Assembly (NCBI GenBank): GCA_964647395.1 | Contig: CAZYHR010000002.1 | Span: forward strand, 5,601 to 69,600 | Source of the DNA: an uncultured Intrasporangiaceae bacterium | Lineage (GTDB): Bacteria; Actinomycetota; Actinomycetes; Actinomycetales; Dermatophilaceae | Length of the DNA stretch: 64,000 nt | Reading direction: 5' to 3' | Shown: piece by piece, positions 1-11,599 of the stretch | Numbering within the stretch: position 1 is the first letter of the stretch | How the letters are laid out: each line of letters starts with the position of its first letter | Translations under genes and position numbers: made by a program | Notes under the pieces: generated by a model | Database searches by the model: none | What the model saw: only the letters and a program-made list of their open reading frames with translations | What the model was told of the DNA's origin: nothing

Positions 1-248
1 GTGCCGCGCTGACCCCGATCGTCACCGCCGCCGGCCTCGACCTGGGCGGCCTGCTCGGCGGGGCGGTCATCACCGAGCAGGTGTTCAGCTTCAACGGCCT
101 GGGCAAGCTCGCCGTCCAAGCGATCATGGAGACCGACCTGCCGGTCATCGTCGGTATCGTTATCGTCGCCTCGACCTTCATCGTCACCGCCAACCTCGTC
201 GTCGACATCCTCTACGGCGTCATCGACCCGCGCGTGCGCTACAGCTAG
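1..248 (+). CDS. ABC transporter permease, peptide/nickel (Opp/Dpp) family, C-terminal fragment (5' end outside window)
   Basis: Frame 3 reads ...AVITEQVFSFNGLGKLAVQAIMETDLPVIVGIVIVASTFIVTANLVVDILYGVIDPRVRYS*, a typical Opp/Dpp permease C-terminus. It is followed by two Opp-type ATPases. Confidence 0.8.
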   Translation, partial: AALTPIVTAAGLDLGGLLGGAVITEQVFSFNGLGKLAVQAIMETDLPVIVGIVIVASTFIVTANLVVDILYGVIDPRVRYS

Positions 249-256
249 GAGGGCCG

Positions 257-1336
257 ATGACGACCACCCCCACCACCCGCCCGGGCGCGGCCGCGCCGCC
301 GGCCGGGGACACGGCATACCTCGACGTGCGCGACCTGCACGTGCACTTCCCGACCGACGATGGGCTGGTCAAGGCCGTCGACGGGCTGACCTTCGCCGTC
401 GAGCGGGGCCGGACGATCGGCATCGTCGGCGAGTCCGGCTCCGGCAAGTCGGTGACCAGCCAGGCCATCCTCGGCCTGCACCGGCGCACCCGGGCGCGCG
501 CCTCGGGCCAGATCTGGCTCGACGGCGAGGACCTCATGACGGTGAGCAACGAGCACCTGCGTGGGCTGCGCGGCAGCAAGATGGCGATGATCTTCCAGGA
601 CCCGCTGTCCGCGCTGCACCCCTACTACACGGTCGGCCGGCAGATCGTCGAAGGCATCCGGGTGCACCACGCCGACACGTCCAAGCAGGCCGCCAGGGAG
701 CACGCCATCGACCTGCTCAAGCGGGTCGGCATCCCCAACCCGGCCAAGCGCGCCGACCAGTATCCGCACGAGTTCTCCGGCGGCATGCGCCAGCGGGCGA
801 TGATCGCCATGGCGCTGGCCAACAACCCGTCGCTGCTCATCGCCGACGAGCCGACGACGGCGCTCGACGTCACCGTGCAGGCGCAGATCCTCGACCTCAT
901 GCGCGACCTGCAGGCCGAATACCAGTCGGCGATCATCGTCATCACCCACGACCTGGGCGTCGTCGCCGAGATGGCCGACGAGATCCTGGTCATGTATGCC
1001 GGCAAGTGCGTCGAGCGGGGGCCGGTCGACGCCGTCTTCTACGAGCCCGAGCACCCCTACACCTGGGGGCTGCTGTCCTCGATGCCGCGGCTGGACCGCA
1101 CCCGGCAGACCCGGCTCAACCCGGTGCCCGGCAACCCGCCCTCGCTGATCCACGTGCCGAGCGGGTGCGCCTTCAACCCACGCTGCCGGTTCCGCAGTGA
1201 GGTGCCCAACGACGCCTGCCGCATCGAGGTGCCCGAGCTCGAGCAGTGCGCGCCCGACCACCTGGTCCGCTGCCACATCCCCACCGAGCGGCGCCAGCAG
1301 CTGTTCGTCGAGCAGATCAAGCCGGTGCTGTCATGA
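257..1336 (+). CDS. oppD: Oligopeptide/dipeptide ABC transporter ATP-binding protein (OppD/DppD type)
   Basis: Walker A GESGSGKS, signature FSGGMRQR and Walker [13 protein letters not shown] are present, with a C-terminal Cys-containing Opp extension. SD-like TAGGAGGG lies just upstream of ATG 257. Confidence 0.9.
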   Translation: MTTTPTTRPGAAAPPAGDTAYLDVRDLHVHFPTDDGLVKAVDGLTFAVERGRTIGIVGESGSGKSVTSQAILGLHRRTRARASGQIWLDGEDLMTVSNEHLRGLRGSKMAMIFQDPLSALHPYYTVGRQIVEGIRVHHADTSKQAAREHAIDLLKRVGIPNPAKRADQYPHEFSGGMRQRAMIAMALANNPSLLIADEPTTALDVTVQAQILDLMRDLQAEYQSAIIVITHDLGVVAEMADEILVMYAGKCVERGPVDAVFYEPEHPYTWGLLSSMPRLDRTRQTRLNPVPGNPPSLIHVPSGCAFNPRCRFRSEVPNDACRIEVPELEQCAPDHLVRCHIPTERRQQLFVEQIKPVLS

Positions 1337-2379
1337 CCGAGACCAGCCGGACCAGCCCGACCATCGAGGCGCCGGCCGAGGACGCGAACCCGCCGCTGCT
1401 GCGGGTCACCGACCTGCGCAAGCACTTCCCGCAGTTCCGCCAGACCTTGATCAAGCGGCCGGACAACCCGGTCAAGGCGGTCGACGGCGTGACCTTCGAG
1501 GTGCGCGCCGGTGAGACCCTCGGCCTGGTGGGCGAGTCGGGCTGCGGCAAGTCGACGGCCGGCCGAACCCTGCTGCGGCTGCTCGAGCCGACCTCCGGGA
1601 CCATCGAGTTCGAGGGCCGGGACATCACCCACGTCGCGGGTGGCGACCTGCGTCGGCTGCGGCGCGAGATGCAGATGATCTTCCAGGACCCCTACGGCTC
1701 GCTCAACCCGCGCCAGACCATCGGGTCGATCATCGCCGCGCCGTTCGAGATCCAGGGCATCAAGCCCGAGGGGGGCACCCGCAAGACCGTGCAGGAACTC
1801 ATGGCGCGGGTCGGGCTCAACCCGGAGCACTACAACCGCTATCCGCACGAGTTCTCCGGCGGCCAGCGTCAGCGCATCGGGGTGGCCCGAGCCGTCGCGC
1901 TCCGGCCCAAGCTCGTGGTCTGCGACGAGCCGGTGTCCGCGCTCGACGTGTCCATCCAGGCGCAGGTCGTCAACCTGCTCGAGGACATCCAGGATGAACA
2001 GGGCCTGGCCTATGTCTTCATCGCCCACGACCTGTCGGTCGTGCGGCACATCTCCGACCGGGTCGCCGTCATGTACCTCGGCAAGATCATGGAGGAGGCC
2101 GACCGGGACACGCTGTACGAGTCGCCGTTGCACCCCTACACCCATGCGCTGCTGTCCGCCGTGCCGATCCCCGACCCGCGCAAGAGCGAGGAGCGCGAGC
2201 GGATCCTGCTCAAGGGCGACCTGCCCAGCCCGCAGAACCCGCCCAGCGGTTGCGTCTTCCGCACCCGCTGCCCCAAGGCCCAGCAGCGGTGCGCGGACGA
2301 GGTGCCCGAGGTGCGCGAGCTGACGCCCGGGCACCGGGTCGCGTGTCACTTCCCCGAGGAGCGTACGGTCTTGTCATGA
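1333..2379 (+). CDS. oppF: Oligopeptide/dipeptide ABC transporter ATP-binding protein (OppF/DppF type)
   Basis: Walker [10 protein letters not shown], signature FSGGQRQR and Walker [13 protein letters not shown] are present. ATG 1333 overlaps the oppD stop (ATGA coupling). The longer ORF-track start at 1246 lies inside oppD. Confidence 0.9.
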   Translation: MTETSRTSPTIEAPAEDANPPLLRVTDLRKHFPQFRQTLIKRPDNPVKAVDGVTFEVRAGETLGLVGESGCGKSTAGRTLLRLLEPTSGTIEFEGRDITHVAGGDLRRLRREMQMIFQDPYGSLNPRQTIGSIIAAPFEIQGIKPEGGTRKTVQELMARVGLNPEHYNRYPHEFSGGQRQRIGVARAVALRPKLVVCDEPVSALDVSIQAQVVNLLEDIQDEQGLAYVFIAHDLSVVRHISDRVAVMYLGKIMEEADRDTLYESPLHPYTHALLSAVPIPDPRKSEERERILLKGDLPSPQNPPSGCVFRTRCPKAQQRCADEVPEVRELTPGHRVACHFPEERTVLS

Positions 2380-3272
2380 GCCGGCTGCTCTTCGTGCACG
2401 CCCATCCCGACGACGAGACGCTGGCCACCGGTGTGACGATGGCCCACTACGTCTCCCGCTGCCACGAGGTAGCCGTGCTGACCTGCACGGCCGGCGACGA
2501 GGGCGAGGTCATCCCACCCGAGCTGGCGCATCTCGACGCGGCCCACGACGATACGTTGGGGCAGTTCCGGCGCGGCGAGCTGGCCGCCGCGATGGCGCGA
2601 CTGGGCGTGACGCGGCATACCTTCCTCGCCCCGGACGGTGACGGTATGCCGCGGTGGCGCGACAGCGGCATGGCCGGCTCGCCGTCGGCGAGCCACCCGC
2701 GAGCCTTCGTCGGGGCGGACCCGGGCGAGGCGGCCGAGGCGATGGCGGCGGCGCTGCGCGAATTGCGCCCGGACGTGCTGGTCACCTATGACGAGCAGGG
2801 CGGGTACGGGCATCCGGATCACATTCAGACCCGACGGGTGACGATGGCCGGGCTGGCGCTGCTGGCCGAGGACGAGCGGCCGGGGCGGGTCTACGAGATC
2901 GTCACCCCGCGCTCCTGGGTGGCCCAGGACCGGGCCTGGCTGGCCGAGCACGTCACTGCCGACCGGGGGTTGCACGTGCCGGCGGCCGACGAACCGGTCT
3001 CGGTGTCGACGGTGGCTGACGATGTCGTCACCCATGTCGTCATCGACGAGGTGGCGCGGGACCGGCAGGCCCATGCGCTCGGGGCCCACCGCACCCAGGT
3101 GACGGTCCACGAGGGGTGCTGCTACTCGCTGTCCAACGACATCGCGCACCGGCTGCCCGGGCGGGAGGCCTTCGTCCGGATCGATCCGGTCGACGGTCGG
3201 CGGATGCGGTGTCGCCGCGAGGTCGTCGAAGGCGAGCACTGGCACCGGGGGCTGCTGCCGGAGGAGCGGTGA
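2376..3272 (+). CDS. mshB: LmbE/PIG-L family deacetylase, probably mycothiol biosynthesis MshB (GlcNAc-Ins deacetylase)
   Basis: N-terminal [11 protein letters not shown] and internal GGYGHPDH motifs are present. Its position upstream of fdxA-dapC matches M. tuberculosis mshB. The Mca paralogue cannot be excluded without a search. Confidence 0.7.
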   Translation: MSRLLFVHAHPDDETLATGVTMAHYVSRCHEVAVLTCTAGDEGEVIPPELAHLDAAHDDTLGQFRRGELAAAMARLGVTRHTFLAPDGDGMPRWRDSGMAGSPSASHPRAFVGADPGEAAEAMAAALRELRPDVLVTYDEQGGYGHPDHIQTRRVTMAGLALLAEDERPGRVYEIVTPRSWVAQDRAWLAEHVTADRGLHVPAADEPVSVSTVADDVVTHVVIDEVARDRQAHALGAHRTQVTVHEGCCYSLSNDIAHRLPGREAFVRIDPVDGRRMRCRREVVEGEHWHRGLLPEER

Positions 3273-3341
3273 GCGCCGGCGGTCGCCTCGTGGGGCGGCG
3301 GGTCGGTGCGGGCCTGCTGGCCAGGGTGGGCCGGTGAGGCG

Positions 3342-3830
3342 ATGACGGTCACCGAGGCGCAGTTCCGCGCCGCGATGGGACGGCTCGTCAGCGGGGTGGT
3401 CGTGGCCAGCTGCCGGCAGGGCGGGCAGGACCACGCGACGACGCTCACCTCGCTGACGTCGGTCTCGCTGGAGCCGATGCTCGTGCTGGCCTGCCTGCAC
3501 GCGGAGTCGCGGTTCGGTGACGCGGTCCTGCAGGTGGGGCAGTGGGCGGTCAGTGTGCTCGGGGCCCCCGCCCGGCCGGTGGCGCACTGGCTGGCCGATC
3601 CGGGCCGGCCGGTCGTCGGCCAGCTCGAGCGGGTCCCCCACCACCGCGGGCCGGTCACCGGAGCCGCGCTCCTCGACGGGGCGCTCGCCACCCTGGAGCT
3701 GCGGACCTGGGCCGTCCACCCGGGCGGCGACCATCGCATTGTCGTCGGCGAGGTGGTCGGTCTCGAGCTGCCCGACGAGGTTCCCGCCGCGCTGACCCAC
3801 TATCGGGGCGGCTTCGGGGCGCTCGCCTGA
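3342..3830 (+). CDS. Flavin reductase-like FMN-binding protein
   Basis: The pattern QFRAAMGRLVSGVVVAS...TSLTSVSLEPMLVLACL...HRIVVGEVV is typical of split-barrel flavin reductases. ATG 3342 was chosen over the upstream alternative start at 3306. Confidence 0.7.
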   Translation: MTVTEAQFRAAMGRLVSGVVVASCRQGGQDHATTLTSLTSVSLEPMLVLACLHAESRFGDAVLQVGQWAVSVLGAPARPVAHWLADPGRPVVGQLERVPHHRGPVTGAALLDGALATLELRTWAVHPGGDHRIVVGEVVGLELPDEVPAALTHYRGGFGALA

Positions 3831-3994
3831 GCGGTGCTGCCCCCGGGTGGGTGCCGCGCACCGGACCGGGACCTGCCGGTCCTGGCGGAGTCGCCTGGCC
3901 CCGACCCTGCGGCAGCAGGGTGCGCGCGGCGGTCAGACCCCTCGGTTATCGTGGAGCCCGATCCAGCGGCTGCCTCGGCTGCCCGGGCACCGAC

Positions 3995-5704
3995 ATGACG
4001 ACCGAACTCACGAGGAGCACGATGGCGCAGCGGCGGGAGCGGGGGCGCATCGCGCTGCGGCTGATGTTGGCGGTCGTCGTGCTCGGCGGCGCCTATCTGG
4101 CGGTGGCCTGGTGGGCCGGCCGCGCGATTCCATCGTCGGTCAACGTCGAGGGCGTGAGCATCGGCGGACTGAGCCACGACCAGGCGGCCGACCGGCTCGC
4201 CAAGGAACTCGGCCCGCGCGCCAACGCCTCAGTGAGCGTCACCACCCCCAACGGCGGCCCGACGCTGACCATCGACCCCGCCACCGCCGGGCTGTCCCTC
4301 GACATCGACGGCACCCTCGACGGGCTGGTCAGCTACAGCCTCGACCCGCGCAACATCTGGGCCAAGCTCGCCGGCCACGTCGACCGGCCGGTCAAGACCA
4401 TCGTCAACCGCGACACGCTCACCGCCGTACTCACCGAGAAGGCCGCGGCGGTCCGCGTCGCACCCACGGAGGGCTCGGTGTCGGTCGCCGACGGCACCGT
4501 CAAGACCACCCCGGCCACCGAGGGCTCCGAGGTCGCCGTCAACGAGGCCGTCGACGCGATCGCGACCAACTGGCCCCGCCGGCCCAGCGTCCCGACCAGC
4601 GTGCGCAGCATCGCCCCCGCGGTGCCGCAGTCGGCCATCGACGACGCCGTGCGCACCTTCGCCACCCCCGCGATGTCCGCCCCGGTGAGCATCGTCGTCG
4701 GCGACCGGACCGCGGCGCTGGCACCGGCGGCCTACGGGGCCACCATCACCTTCCCGGCAGAGGGCGGCAAGCTCGTGCCGACGATCGACGACGAGGCCGT
4801 GCGCACCGCGGTCCTGCAAGCGACCGCGTCCTTCACCACCGCCCCCAAGGACGCCCGCATCACGCTCGACGGCGGCAGCCCGACGGTCGTCCCGTCGGTC
4901 GACGGCGTCGCGGTCGACGTGGCCCAGGCCCCCCAGTTGTTCCGCGCGGCGGTCACGACGACCACCCCGGCGCAGCGCACGATCACCCTGCCGACCACCG
5001 TCGCCAAGCCCTCGCTCACCACCGAGGCCGCCCAGGCCCTGGGCGTCAAGGAGGTCGTCGCGTCGTTCGACTCGGTCTTCCCCAACGACGGCCCGCGCAC
5101 CCAGAACATCATCATCGCCAGCCGCACCATCAACGGCACCCTGCTCAAGCCCGGCGACACCTTCAGCATGAACGGCATCCTCGGCCAGCGCACCGTCGCC
5201 AAGGGCTACGGCGAGGCCAACGTCATCGTCAACGGCCGGCTCACCAAGGGCGTGGGCGGCGGCATCAGCCAGGTCTCGACGGTGCTCTACAACCTGTCCT
5301 GGTTCGCCGGCGCCGACCTCGTCGAGCACACGACCCACACCTTCTACATCTCCCGCTACCCGGCCGGGCGGGAGGCCACCGTGAGCTGGCCCGACGTCGA
5401 CAACAAGTTCCGCAACTCGACCCCCTACGGCATGCTCGTCCAGCTCTACGTCTCCGGCAACACCGTGCACGGGCGCATTTGGAGCACCAAGCACCTCGAC
5501 GTCCAAGCGGTCGCCGGGCCACGGGTCAACCAGACCCAGCCCCGCACCATCACCGACGGCCGGCCGCGCTGCGTCGCGCAGAGCCCGGTGCCCGGCTTCG
5601 ACATCACGGTGACCCGGGTCATCAGCCGCGGCGGCCAGGTCGTCAAGCGCGAACCGGTCTTCACCCGCTACCTGCCCGAGGACCGGGTCGTCTGCACCGG
5701 CTGA
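3995..5704 (+). CDS. VanW-domain protein with N-terminal membrane anchor
   Basis: A TM anchor (IALRLMLAVVVLGGAYLAVAWWAG) follows ATG 3995. The C-terminal region (TINGTLLKPGDTFSMNGILGQRT...GGGISQVSTVLYN...YPAGREATVSW) resembles VanW. The 5' part of the ORF-track ORF (3542-3994) is Arg/Gly/Pro junk. Confidence 0.7.
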   Translation: MTTELTRSTMAQRRERGRIALRLMLAVVVLGGAYLAVAWWAGRAIPSSVNVEGVSIGGLSHDQAADRLAKELGPRANASVSVTTPNGGPTLTIDPATAGLSLDIDGTLDGLVSYSLDPRNIWAKLAGHVDRPVKTIVNRDTLTAVLTEKAAAVRVAPTEGSVSVADGTVKTTPATEGSEVAVNEAVDAIATNWPRRPSVPTSVRSIAPAVPQSAIDDAVRTFATPAMSAPVSIVVGDRTAALAPAAYGATITFPAEGGKLVPTIDDEAVRTAVLQATASFTTAPKDARITLDGGSPTVVPSVDGVAVDVAQAPQLFRAAVTTTTPAQRTITLPTTVAKPSLTTEAAQALGVKEVVASFDSVFPNDGPRTQNIIIASRTINGTLLKPGDTFSMNGILGQRTVAKGYGEANVIVNGRLTKGVGGGISQVSTVLYNLSWFAGADLVEHTTHTFYISRYPAGREATVSWPDVDNKFRNSTPYGMLVQLYVSGNTVHGRIWSTKHLDVQAVAGPRVNQTQPRTITDGRPRCVAQSPVPGFDITVTRVISRGGQVVKREPVFTRYLPEDRVVCTG

Positions 5705-5744
5705 GCACCAGCTGAGGTGCCCGCCCCAGCCACAGCCGCGTTGC

Positions 5745-6497
5745 TCACTCGGCCAGATAGACGTGCCCGTGGTGCGCCGTGAACCCCAGGGCCGCGTAGG
5801 CCGCCCGGGCACCCTCCTCGGACCGGGGCACCTGCAGGTAGACCCGGGGCATGTGGTGATCCTTGGCCAGGTGGGCGATCGTGGCCACCAGCGCCGTGGC
5901 CAGCCCCTGACGCCGGTGCTCCGGGTCGACCCACATGCCGTGGATGCCGGCCCAGCCCGGCGCGATCGACATCCGGGCGATCGCGCGAGGGCGTCCGGCC
6001 GGGCCGCCGGGCAGCGAGAGGAACAACTGCCCCGCCGACCCGGTCAACACCCCCTCGGTCACCCCCGGACGGATCGGGCGATAGGCCGCGAAAGCCGTCA
6101 ACCAGGGCAGGGTCAGCGCGGCGTCCACGGTGACCCCCGGTAGCTCCGCGCGCAGCGCGGGCAGGTCGCGAGCCGCGGCGGTGAGGGTCAGCGTCGGGGT
6201 GTCGGCGGTGAGCCCGTCGGCCAGCAACAGCGCCGGCAACGCGCCCGCGAACGGCGCCCCGGCCACGTCCGTGACCAGGCAGAACCGCGCCGGCAGGCCG
6301 CGAGCGGCATACCACTGACGCGCGACCCGCACCGCCTGGGGCAACGCGAGGCCCGGCTCACCGGTCGTGAGCACCGAATTGCCGCGCGCCGAGAACCCCG
6401 CCGACGCCCGCAGCAGCCAGTCGCCCAGCCGGTCGGTCTCCAGCGCCGGCCACCCGTCGACCATGACCTGCTCGAGGTCGGCGATCTCACGGTCCAT
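5745..6497 (-). CDS. GNAT family N-acetyltransferase
   Basis: The C-terminal acetyl-CoA binding pattern (IHGMWVDPEHRRQGLATALVATI...AYAALGF) is present. Confidence 0.7.
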   Translation of the reverse strand: MDREIADLEQVMVDGWPALETDRLGDWLLRASAGFSARGNSVLTTGEPGLALPQAVRVARQWYAARGLPARFCLVTDVAGAPFAGALPALLLADGLTADTPTLTLTAAARDLPALRAELPGVTVDAALTLPWLTAFAAYRPIRPGVTEGVLTGSAGQLFLSLPGGPAGRPRAIARMSIAPGWAGIHGMWVDPEHRRQGLATALVATIAHLAKDHHMPRVYLQVPRSEEGARAAYAALGFTAHHGHVYLAE

Positions 6498-6652
6498 GGC
6501 GCTCCTGTCGGGCTCGTCGGGTCACCCCCGAGGGCGGCCGGGACCCCCGGGATCCGGCGAGGGACCACCCTACGGGCCGCACGCCGGACCGGCTCGGCAG
6601 GGCGGCATACTAGGAGGATCACCACGAGGCTCCGCTAGGAGGACCGCCCACC

Positions 6653-6979
6653 ATGACCTACGTCATCGCCCAGCCGTGCGTCGACCTCAAGGACAAGGCC
6701 TGCATCGAGGAGTGTCCGGTCGACTGCATCTACGAGGGCGAGCGGATGCTCTACATCCACCCGGACGAGTGCGTGGACTGCGGGGCGTGCGAGCCGGTGT
6801 GCCCGGTCGAGGCGATCTACTACGAGGACGACGTGCCCGCCGAGTGGGCCGACTACTACAAGGCCAACGTCGAGTTCTTCGACGACCTGGGCAGCCCCGG
6901 GGGCGCGGCCAAGCTGGGCCTGATCAACAAGGACCACCCGCTGGTGGCCGACCTGCCGCCCCAGGAGCACGACCACTGA
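6653..6979 (+). CDS. fdxA: 7Fe ferredoxin (3Fe-4S/4Fe-4S)
   Basis: [29 protein letters not shown]...[20 protein letters not shown] shows the classical actinobacterial FdxA/FdxC cysteine pattern. Confidence 0.95.
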   Translation: MTYVIAQPCVDLKDKACIEECPVDCIYEGERMLYIHPDECVDCGACEPVCPVEAIYYEDDVPAEWADYYKANVEFFDDLGSPGGAAKLGLINKDHPLVADLPPQEHDH

Positions 6980-8157
6980 GCGACCTCCCGTATGCCGCGC
7001 GGCTCACCCCGCCGGCCCTTCCCGACTTCCCGTGGGACTCGCTGCTACCGGCCAGGGCCGAGGCGGCGGCGCACCCCGACGGCATCGTCGACCTGTCCGT
7101 CGGCACCCCGGTCGACCCGACCCCCGCGGTGGTCCGCGACGCGCTGGTCGCGGCCGCCGACTCGCCGGGCTATCCGCTGACCGTCGGCACGAACGCCCTG
7201 CGCGAGGGGATCTGCGCATGGTTCGAGCGCCGGCGCGGCGTGCCCGGGCTCACCCCCGACATGGTGCTGCCGACGATCGGCTCCAAGGAACTCGTCGCCT
7301 GGCTGCCCACGCTGCTCGGCCTCGGGCCCGGGGACCGGGTCGGCATCCCGGCGGTGGCCTACCCGACCTACGACGTCGGGGCCCGGCTGGCCCGCGCCGA
7401 GCCGGTCGTCATCGACGGCACCGCGGCGGCCGGCCCACTGACCCCCTCGACGACACCCAAGCTGCTGTGGCTCAACAGCCCCAGCAACCCGACCGGCCAG
7501 ATCCTGCCCGTCGAGCACCTGGCCAAGGTGGTCGCCTGGGCGCGGCGGCACGGCATCGTCGTCGCCAGCGACGAATGCTACGCCGAGCTCGACTGGCGCA
7601 CCGACGCCGAGCGCCGCGCCGCCACCGGGGCCAACCGGCTGACGACACCGTCGCTGCTGGACCCACTGGTCTCCGGCGGCTCGGTCGAGGGGCTGCTGGC
7701 GGTCTACTCGCTGTCCAAGCAGAGCAACCTGGCCGGCTACCGGGCGGCGTTCGTCGCGGGCGACCCCGCCCTGGTCGGCATGCTGCTGGAGACCCGCCGG
7801 CACGCCGGCATGATGCTGCCCGGCCCGGTGCAGGCAGCGATGACCGTCGCGCTCGGCGACGACGCACACGTGCGCGAGCAGCGCGAGCGCTACGGCGTGC
7901 GCCGTGAGATCCTCCAGCCGGCCCTGCAGGCGGCCGGTTTCCGCATCGACCTCTCCCAGGCCGGGCTCTATCTGTGGGCCCGCCGCGACAGCGACCCGGA
8001 CTGCTGGGCCAGCGTCGGCTGGCTCGCGCAGCGGGGCATCCTGGTGGCCCCGGGCGCCTTCTACGGGGTGGCCGGGCGGGGCCACGTGCGGGTCGCGCTG
8101 ACCGCCTCGGACGAGCGCATCGAGGCGGCCGCCGCCCGGCTGGCCGACCCGGCCTGA
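6976..8157 (+). CDS. dapC: Succinyldiaminopimelate aminotransferase DapC (class I PLP aminotransferase); start codon uncertain
   Basis: The N-terminus [34 protein letters not shown] and the [12 protein letters not shown] lysine motif are present, and the gene follows fdxA as in mycobacteria. There is no ATG/GTG/TTG between the fdxA stop and the conserved N-terminus. Candidate starts are CTG 6976 or GTG 6844 (inside fdxA). Confidence 0.8.
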   Translation: MSDLPYAARLTPPALPDFPWDSLLPARAEAAAHPDGIVDLSVGTPVDPTPAVVRDALVAAADSPGYPLTVGTNALREGICAWFERRRGVPGLTPDMVLPTIGSKELVAWLPTLLGLGPGDRVGIPAVAYPTYDVGARLARAEPVVIDGTAAAGPLTPSTTPKLLWLNSPSNPTGQILPVEHLAKVVAWARRHGIVVASDECYAELDWRTDAERRAATGANRLTTPSLLDPLVSGGSVEGLLAVYSLSKQSNLAGYRAAFVAGDPALVGMLLETRRHAGMMLPGPVQAAMTVALGDDAHVREQRERYGVRREILQPALQAAGFRIDLSQAGLYLWARRDSDPDCWASVGWLAQRGILVAPGAFYGVAGRGHVRVALTASDERIEAAAARLADPA

Positions 8158-8280
8158 CCAGGCTCGGCGGCCGGCCCGGCAGCGGCCCGGTGGCGTCCCG
8201 CTGTCGGGAGCGACAGCCCACGCCGGTGCGCGCTCGGGTAACGTCCACATGACAGCCGCCGACGCCGAAAGGACACCACC

Positions 8281-9579
<1,299 letters not shown>

Positions 9580-9586
9580 GGGCGGG

Positions 9587-10465
9587 CTATCGCGCCACGG
9601 TGATGACCACTGCGGCGGCGCCGGCGGGGACGGCACCGCCGTCCGACCAGTTGCCTGGGTCGCGCGACCAGGTGCGCCCGCCGACCTCGACCCGCTCGAC
9701 GTCCAGCGAGTCCGCGTGGGCGATCGCCCACGCCGCTACCGCCCAGGCGCGCGCCGCCGCAGCCTCGACCCGCACCGACCGGTCGGTGGCGGTGCCGGCC
9801 AGGCCGTGGTGGGCCCGCAGCGCCCCGACGACGGCAGCCGTCGACCCGGCCGACCCCTGCCGGGTCAGCTCGCAGGTCAGCGTCGCGGGTGCCGACCCGG
9901 TCAGCGCCGCGGCCAGCGCCCGGGCCTCGGACTCGTGCTGGGCGTACAACTGCGGATACGCGCTGCGCTGGACCGCCTGGGCGGCCTCGGTGAGCGGACG
10001 GGTCTGCCAGTCGCGGACGGTGACCAGCCGGTCGTAGAAGGCGCCCGCGGCATACACCGGGTCGAGGATCTGCTCGACGGTGCCCCAGCCCTGGCTCGGC
10101 CGCTGCTGGAACAGTCCCACCGAGTCCCGGTCGCCGTAACGCAGGTTGCGCAGCTTGGACTCCTGCATCGCCGTGGCGATCGCGATGGTCGCGGCCCGCT
10201 CGGGCAGCCCGCGGCGCATCGCCAGCGCCGCGATCACGGCGGCGTTGCCGGCCTGCTCCGGCGACAGTTCGGCGCGGTCGCCCGCGCTGGCCGCGATGCA
10301 CGAGTCGGACCGGGCCACCCCCAGCAGGGTGCGAACCCCGAGGAACCCGGCGCCCAGCAGCGCGAGCACGAGCCCGGTGACCACGATCCGCCACACCCGG
10401 CGGGCCCGCCGCGAGGGCGGTCCGGTCTCGGCCAGGACCACCCGGCCGCCAGCGGTGCGCGGCAT
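9587..10465 (-). CDS. Conserved membrane-anchored/secreted protein of unknown function
   Basis: ATG 10465 gives an N-terminal TM (VWRIVVTGLVLALLGAGFLGV) and a conserved MQESKLRNLRYGDRDSVGLFQQRPSQGWG block. The ORF-track extension to 10705 runs antisense into dapD. Confidence 0.55.
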   Translation of the reverse strand: MPRTAGGRVVLAETGPPSRRARRVWRIVVTGLVLALLGAGFLGVRTLLGVARSDSCIAASAGDRAELSPEQAGNAAVIAALAMRRGLPERAATIAIATAMQESKLRNLRYGDRDSVGLFQQRPSQGWGTVEQILDPVYAAGAFYDRLVTVRDWQTRPLTEAAQAVQRSAYPQLYAQHESEARALAAALTGSAPATLTCELTRQGSAGSTAAVVGALRAHHGLAGTATDRSVRVEAAAARAWAVAAWAIAHADSLDVERVEVGGRTWSRDPGNWSDGGAVPAGAAAVVITVAR

Positions 10466-10469
10466 CGGA

Positions 10470-11399
10470 TCAGTCGTTGGCGTGCAGCGCGGCGTTGAGC
10501 GCGATGCCGTGCCCGTCGCGAGCCTGGACGACGACGGCACCGGAGACCGAGTCGCGCAGGAACAGCAGTTGGCTCTGGCCGGACAACTCGCGCGCCTTGA
10601 CGACGCTGCCGTCCGGCAGGGTGACCTTGGTACCGGCCGTGACATAGAGTCCGGCCTCGACCACGCAGTCGTCGCCGAGCGCGATGCCCAGGCCCGATTC
10701 GGCACCCAGCAGACAGCGCTTGCCGATGCTCACCCGCTCGGTGCCGCCGCCGGACAGCGTGCCCATCGTCGAGGCGCCGCCGCCGATGTCCGAGCCGTCG
10801 TCGACGACGACCCCCTGGCTGATCCGGCCCTCGATCATCGAGGTGCCCAGCGTGCCGGCGTTGAAGTTGACGAACCCCTCGTGCATGACCGTGGTGCCCG
10901 CGGCCAGGTGGGCGCCCAGCCGCACCCGGTCGGCGTCGCCGATGCGCACGCCCGCCGGCACGACGTAGTCGACCATCCGGGGGAACTTGTCGACGCCGTA
11001 GACGGTGACCGGTCCCCGCGCCCGCAGCCGGGCCCGGATGGTCTCGAAGCCGTCGACGGCGCACGGTCCGTGGTTGGTCCAGACGACGTTGGGCAGCACC
11101 CCGAAGATGCCCTCCAGGCTGATCGAGTTGGGCACCACGAGGCGGTGCGAGAGCAGGTGCAGGCGCAGATAGGCGTCGGCGACATCCACCGGGGGCGCGT
11201 CCAGGTCGATGGCCCGGGTGACGACCTCGGTGCGTATGCCGCGCGCGGGGTCCGTGCCCACCAGCGCCGCGAGTTCGGGGGCCGCCACGGCGTCCGGGGG
11301 CGGCGTGCCGAGGCCGGGCGCGGCATACCAGACCTCCAGCACCTGCCCCGACTCGGTGACGGTCGCGACCCCGATGCCCCATGCGCTGCGCTCATTCAC
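10470..11399 (-). CDS. dapD: 2,3,4,5-tetrahydropyridine-2,6-dicarboxylate N-succinyltransferase
   Basis: A hexapeptide-repeat C-terminal domain and the actinobacterial DapD N-terminus (AWGIGVATV...[12 protein letters not shown]) are present. GTG 11399 is chosen as the start. Confidence 0.85.
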   Translation of the reverse strand: MNERSAWGIGVATVTESGQVLEVWYAAPGLGTPPPDAVAAPELAALVGTDPARGIRTEVVTRAIDLDAPPVDVADAYLRLHLLSHRLVVPNSISLEGIFGVLPNVVWTNHGPCAVDGFETIRARLRARGPVTVYGVDKFPRMVDYVVPAGVRIGDADRVRLGAHLAAGTTVMHEGFVNFNAGTLGTSMIEGRISQGVVVDDGSDIGGGASTMGTLSGGGTERVSIGKRCLLGAESGLGIALGDDCVVEAGLYVTAGTKVTLPDGSVVKARELSGQSQLLFLRDSVSGAVVVQARDGHGIALNAALHAND

Positions 11400-11599
11400 G
11401 CGGCCCACCCTAACGGGGGCGTTTCGCGACCAGCCGATGAACCCGGGCGATGAACACTGGGCGTCCACCTGGTGCGCGCCCAGGGCAAGGGTGGTGCCGA
11501 TCCGTCCGGGCCATTACCCTTGGGCAAGCGCCGCCGTGACCCCACCTGCCCTGCCGCCCTCGCGGGGCGTCCGGTCGACGCAGGAAGGTCCGAGACCTC

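Noticed and set aside
245-1276. Long antisense or alternative-frame ORFs throughout the window. Examples: 245-1276(-), 1057-2349(-), 2346-3800(-), 3847-5715(+), 4229-5812(-), 7045-9636(-), 16417-17835(-), 37099-38553(-), 44596-46263(-), 48717-50336(-), 52341-53930(-), 58446-60311(+) and 58732-60405(-).
   Set aside because: Their translations are Arg/Gly/Pro/Ala/His-rich low-complexity strings with no recognisable motifs. Each overlaps a frame that encodes a clearly recognisable protein. Stop-free alternative frames are expected in DNA this GC-rich.
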